Below are positions 59,841 to 64,000 of a stretch of DNA of 64,000 nucleotides, piece by piece (the first letter of the stretch is position 1; the number at the start of each line of letters is the position of its first letter). Position numbers and translations under genes: made by a program. The notes beneath the pieces are model-generated. The model was not told the DNA's origin. It did no database searches and saw only the letters and a program-made list of their open reading frames with translations. Source of the stretch: Pelagomonas calceolata (Eukaryota); contig CAKKNE010000001.1 of assembly GCA_918797485.1 (NCBI GenBank), forward strand, positions 2,852,001 through 2,916,000, given 5' to 3'.

Positions 59841-60205
59841 AGTCCCGCGCCGCGTAAAGACCTAAAGACCGGCAGTCTCACGCAAACAGCTTGTGTCGCG
59901 GTCTCTAAAGACCCTACGGCGTAAAGACACGGTGCCTAAGCTTCCTCTACGGCACAGTTGTTTAGGCGCAACCGCGTAAAGACCTGACACCTCTCTACGG
60001 CGTGCAGGAGTCGGAATCAAACAAGTAAAGTGGCTAGTAGGATGCAGGAACCGCAAACACACAAAGCGGGTCTTCCGGCTGAAAAGAGACTCCAACGAGA
60101 AGCTAGAGTACGTAAGCCACTAGGAATAGCAGGCGGTGAATACAGGCCGCGTGACGGCACGCCACAAAAAAGACAACCACTCGCGAACGTATACTCACCG
60201 AGACG

Positions 60206-60640
60206 ATGGCCCTCGCGGGCCAGCCCGCGGACGACGCCGCCACGCTCGCCTTCGGGCCCGAGTTCCCGCTGGACAGCTGCGAGTGCCTCTCGGACGCGGA
60301 GGTCACGACGATCCTCGACACGCACCTGCGCAGCTCGGCCGCGGCCGACCGGCCGTTCCCGCGCAAGGCCCTGGAGTACGCGCGGCGCAACGTGGGCGCG
60401 CGGCCGCTCGAGGCGGTGAAGACCGAGGCCGTGCACGTGCGGCAAGCGCTGCAGGACCTGGACTTCGAGGGCACGGACGCCGGCGCGCTCCACGTCTTCG
60501 AGGTCGCCGCGATCACCAATCTGATGGGCCGGGACTCGGAGCCCGAGGAGGCCCGGGCCCTGGTGCCCAGCCTCCGCCGCTACGACGACGACCAGCTCGG
60601 GCGCATCCTCGCGGCCGCCGCTGGCGCGCGACAAAACTAA
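60206..60640 (+). CDS. RPB4: RNA polymerase II subunit RPB4
   Basis: DDAATLAFGPEF...CLSDAEV...FEVAAITNL...EEARALVPSL. Confidence 0.85.
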   Translation: MALAGQPADDAATLAFGPEFPLDSCECLSDAEVTTILDTHLRSSAAADRPFPRKALEYARRNVGARPLEAVKTEAVHVRQALQDLDFEGTDAGALHVFEVAAITNLMGRDSEPEEARALVPSLRRYDDDQLGRILAAAAGARQN

Positions 60641-60846
60641 TAATAAATAATAAATTAATTATGGCGGCGGCCGGGTAGCTAGGCGGCCTAGCTCTAAGCA
60701 AAGCAATTATTAAGGAAGCCCCCGCGGCGGGGACCTCGCGGCTAGGCAGCCTAGCTCTAAGCAAAGCAAGACCTAAAAAAGGAACAAGCTCCTAGTAAGA
60801 GCCTTCTCCCTGCTCGGTCAGGATGCCCAACCGGAGCTAGTAAATA

Positions 60847-61182
60847 AAAAAGGTATGAACCACTTCAGGGTCACCTGCCCTGAGGGCAGCTAACCCTGGA
60901 GGAGTTCATGCCTTTTTCCCTGCCGGGGGCTGCTCCGCAAGGGTGCCAAATCCGGCGTGGGGGGTGATGGTTCGGGTTTAAGACTTTTTGATTCTTATAA
61001 ACCACTGATTTCGGGTTTTGGGGATGGTTTATAAGAATCAAAAAGTCTTAAACCCGAACCATCACCCCCCACGCCGGATTTGGCACCCTTGCGGAGCAGC
61101 CCCCGGCAGGGAAAAAGGCATGAACTCCTCCAGGGTTAGCTGCCCTCAGGGCAGGTGACCCTGAAGTGGTTCATACCTTTTT
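60847..61182. mobile_element. Foldback/MITE-like element: 158-bp inverted arms with a 20-bp spacer
   Basis: 60847-61004 reads as the reverse complement of 61025-61182; flanks are AGTAAATA / AATAAATA. Confidence 0.9.
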
Positions 61183-61252
61183 AATAAATAATTCAAGTTG
61201 GAAGGAATATCCTAAAGGAAAAGGACATACACCAAGCCTCTTCTAACGCGCA

Positions 61253-62889
61253 TCACTCCCCCAGCCGCGCGACGACGCACGTGATGTCGTCCCGGTACAG
61301 GCCCTCGGCGTCGCGCCACCGTTGGGCGGCTAGGTCCACGAGCGCGCGGCAGGCGTCCGCGCACGCCTCGGGCCCGCCCTGGTCGAGCTGGGCCCCGACG
61401 AGCGCGGCCGCCTCGTCGCTCCCCACGAACTCCCAGACGCCGTCGCTCGCGGCCTGTGTGGAAATCAAAATTTTACGGCGCGTTCGTGCTGAACCGTCGC
61501 GTCGTCCTCCACGCCATCGACGCGACGCCTGCTCGATGGCGTGGCGGTGCCGGTTCGTCACCGCTCGACGGAGCCGGCACGGCCGCGTCATCGCCGAGAA
61601 ATGACTTAGTGAAGAATTGTCGGGTGCACCCGACGCACTGGTTGATTTCCACACAGCTCGCGGCCACGAGCGCCGCGTCGCGCGCCACGTCGACGGCGTG
61701 TCTTCGCACCTCGGCGTCGCTCACGACGCCCACGCGCTTGGCCGCGCCGTCGCCGAGGCTCCGCGACATGGCCAGCCCGACGCGCGTCCGCTTCGCGTCG
61801 AGCCAGACGCGCGCGCTCAGGCCCGGCGCGGGCGGGTCGCTCACGAAGCCGCCGGCCGCCTCGACGCGGCGCCGCTCGTCGGGCAGGTCCGGGTTGTGGT
61901 CGCGGCTGAGCGGCGCCGCCTCGAAGCCCGCGCCGGCGCGCCGCACGACGACGGCCCGCGAGTCGCCCGCGTTGCCGCAGACGAGCGTGCCGCCGAGGCG
62001 CACGACGACGACGGCCGTCGTGCCCGAGTAGGTCGACTCGACGGCCGAGGCCGCGAGCGCCGCGTCGGCCTCGCGGAAGGCCGCCGCGAGCGCGGCCTCG
62101 CAGGCCGCCGCGCCGGCGTCCGCGGCCACGGCCCGCTCGAGGGCCGCGACGACCGCGCGCGTGCAGAACTCGGCCACCTGCTCGCCGTGCTCGCCGTGGC
62201 CGTCGAAGACGCCGTACAGGGCCCGCCGCGGCGACCCGCCGAAGGGCTGCACGACGACGCCCCGGTCCTGATTAATCTTGGCCACGCTGCCCACGGCAGC
62301 GCCGACCGCGCGCGGCTCGATGCCGTGGTACGTGAGCGCGCCGACGGCGGCGGCGGGCCACGGCTGCGCGGGCGCCGCCGGCCGCAGCGGGTCGTAGGCC
62401 GGGCTGCGGAACTCGACGCTCGCCGCCGCCTCCGCCCCGGCGCCGGCGCCGGCGCCGGCGCCGGCGTCGGCGCCCGCCCCGGCCGGCGCCGTCGCGTAAC
62501 TTAGGCGCCGGCGCCGGAATGTCTCGGGGTCGGCCACGACGCCGCGCGCGGCGGCCTCGAACGCCTCCACCAGCGCGGGGCGCTCGCCCTCGGCCGCCTC
62601 CGCCCACGCCCGATCGCCGCCGCGGCTCTCGTAGAGGTCGTCGAGCCGCGCCTCGACGAGGGCGCGCCGCTCGCCGGAGAGGGCCTCGAGCCCGAGCCGC
62701 GTCCGCAGCGCCGTCACCTGTGTGGAAATCAAATTTCAGACGCCCCACCCATCGACGCGACGTTGTCCCCTTAGCTGCGTCTGCTCTATCCCCGTATATC
62801 TGCGGCAGCACGAACCTAACTCACTGGTTGATTTCCACACAGGCCGCTACCACGGTCTCGTCGGCGCGGGCGCTCGCCGCCGCGCCCAT
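61253..62889 (-). CDS. PP2C protein phosphatase with a putative myristoylated N-terminus (MGAAAS); introns 62718-62850 and 61454-61664
   Basis: INQDR, GVFDGHG, SGTTA, NAGDSRAV, LAMSRSLGD, AASDGVWE (across the intron), DDIT. Confidence 0.92.
61454..61656 (-). mobile_element. Introner in PP2C, TSD CTCGCGGC
   Basis: Perfect 15-bp TIRs; TSD at 61446-61453 and 61657-61664; internal sequence highly similar to the LHC copy. Confidence 0.95.
62718..62842 (-). mobile_element. Short introner subfamily in PP2C, imperfect TSD GCCGTCAC / GCCGCTAC
   Basis: Same 15-bp TIRs around a largely different interior; 125 bp in total. Confidence 0.9.
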
Positions 62890-63466
62890 CCCGAGGCTGC
62901 CCCGCGACCGCGACGCTCGGGCGCGTACGAAGTCGGCGGGCCGCCGACAAGGAGCGGACCTGCCGGGACCTGCCGCGCGGCGCGCAAGCAGCGCCGGAGA
63001 TTGGCGCGTGCGAAGGAGGAGAAGCAGGGGTCAGACGACTAGTGGCCGGCCCCAGGGACCAGTTTTTTTTTGTGTGTGCTCTAGATTTTCAATTCAATCC
63101 AAAACGGGTTTGCTTGAGAGTGCTTTTGCCTTGCTGCTTCGGCTTTGAGTGCTCGCCGAGATCCGAGCTCGCTGTTTCCACAGCCTAGTTAAACAGCAAC
63201 GCCGACCTTTTACTCTGCTGTGCTTCTTCCTGGCTCGGCCGTGCATCGCCCCGTCAATTAGCGTGTCGCGTGAGAGTGGGCGAAACGCGCGACCAGGAGA
63301 CGCTGTTTGGGCGTACCTGTCGAGCACATTTGGCTGCAGAGGAGACTAAGGCCAAAGATAAATCACGGCGATTGAGCCCCGAGAGCTCGCGGTTTTCTAC
63401 GTCGACAGCAACACGAGAGACAGCATACAAAGTACTAGCGTACAAAACTACAGCTGACTTACGTCG

Positions 63467-63976
63467 ATGGAGCGCTCGCGCGACCGAGCGCGTGGCGAAC
63501 GGCACCGGTCGCGCTCCCGGTCGCGGCGGCACGAGCGCTCCCGAAGGCGCCGCCGACGTTCTCCCTCGTCGTCGTCTTCGTCGTCGTCCTCGTCGTCCTC
63601 GTCGTCGGGGTCCGAGGCCGCGCTCTACGAGGGCTTCCACAGCGACTCGGACGACCAGGACGACCGCGCGGTGGCGTGGATGCGGCGCTTCGGCCGCAAG
63701 GCGCACCTCGAACCGCGGCGGCCGGCGCCCATCCGCGGCGACTCGCTGCTCGAGGTCGTCAAGTCGGCGCAGCGCCTGAACGTCGTGGGCAAGTACGGCA
63801 ACTGGGACGATTACTTACGCTTCCTCCATCGGCACAGCCGTCGGTGCCGGCCACCTCCAGGACGTCGTCCAGACGAGCAAACCCAGTTTCTTTTGCGAAA
63901 CTTTTTACGCACGCTGCACGCCACCGACCGGCGTGGCCTCGTGGACCGGATCATCCGCGAGCACCGGGACGTCTGA
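63467..63976 (+). CDS. Hypothetical protein with an RS/Ser-rich N-terminus
   Basis: 169-aa ATG-initiated ORF with GC3-rich codons. Confidence 0.45.
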   Translation: MERSRDRARGERHRSRSRSRRHERSRRRRRRSPSSSSSSSSSSSSSSGSEAALYEGFHSDSDDQDDRAVAWMRRFGRKAHLEPRRPAPIRGDSLLEVVKSAQRLNVVGKYGNWDDYLRFLHRHSRRCRPPPGRRPDEQTQFLLRNFLRTLHATDRRGLVDRIIREHRDV

Positions 63977-64000
63977 CCGAGTAAGGACCTCGTCCGTCGA

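Noticed and set aside
59850..60005. Repeated CTACGGC / CGTAAAGAC units as a CRISPR-like array
   Set aside because: Short, degenerate and irregularly spaced, in a eukaryotic divergent promoter region

Overview
Eukaryotic nuclear DNA, most likely from a pelagophyte-type stramenopile alga (inferred from a chromist LHC gene, frequent GC-AG introns and TIR/8-bp-TSD introner introns). There are three zones. (1) About 1-30.5 kb is a mostly lower-GC block of conserved genes, most with short introns: eIF4G-like, CFAP99, RPS24, TBL1, MAT, MO25, Rab18, a tandem-duplicated CNBD K+ channel and CYB5D1. (2) About 32.4-53.9 kb is a repeat-rich accessory island. It carries a TET/JBP-like 2OG-Fe(II) dioxygenase, a Zn-ribbon/GIY-YIG-like protein and several Tudor- or BAH-like proteins, four of which share an N-terminal membrane-anchor-like leader. 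It is punctuated by 28-30-bp palindromes sharing a G(T/G)A(C/A)C-N6-G(G/T)T(A/C)C core, long direct and inverted duplications, and degenerate TTAGGG tracts. (3) About 55-64 kb holds very GC-rich genes (LHC, RRM/RS protein, PDZ protein, RPB4, PP2C). Four of their introns are TIR transposon insertions whose splicing removes exactly one copy of the 8-bp TSD. All domain calls are by eye; no database searches were run.
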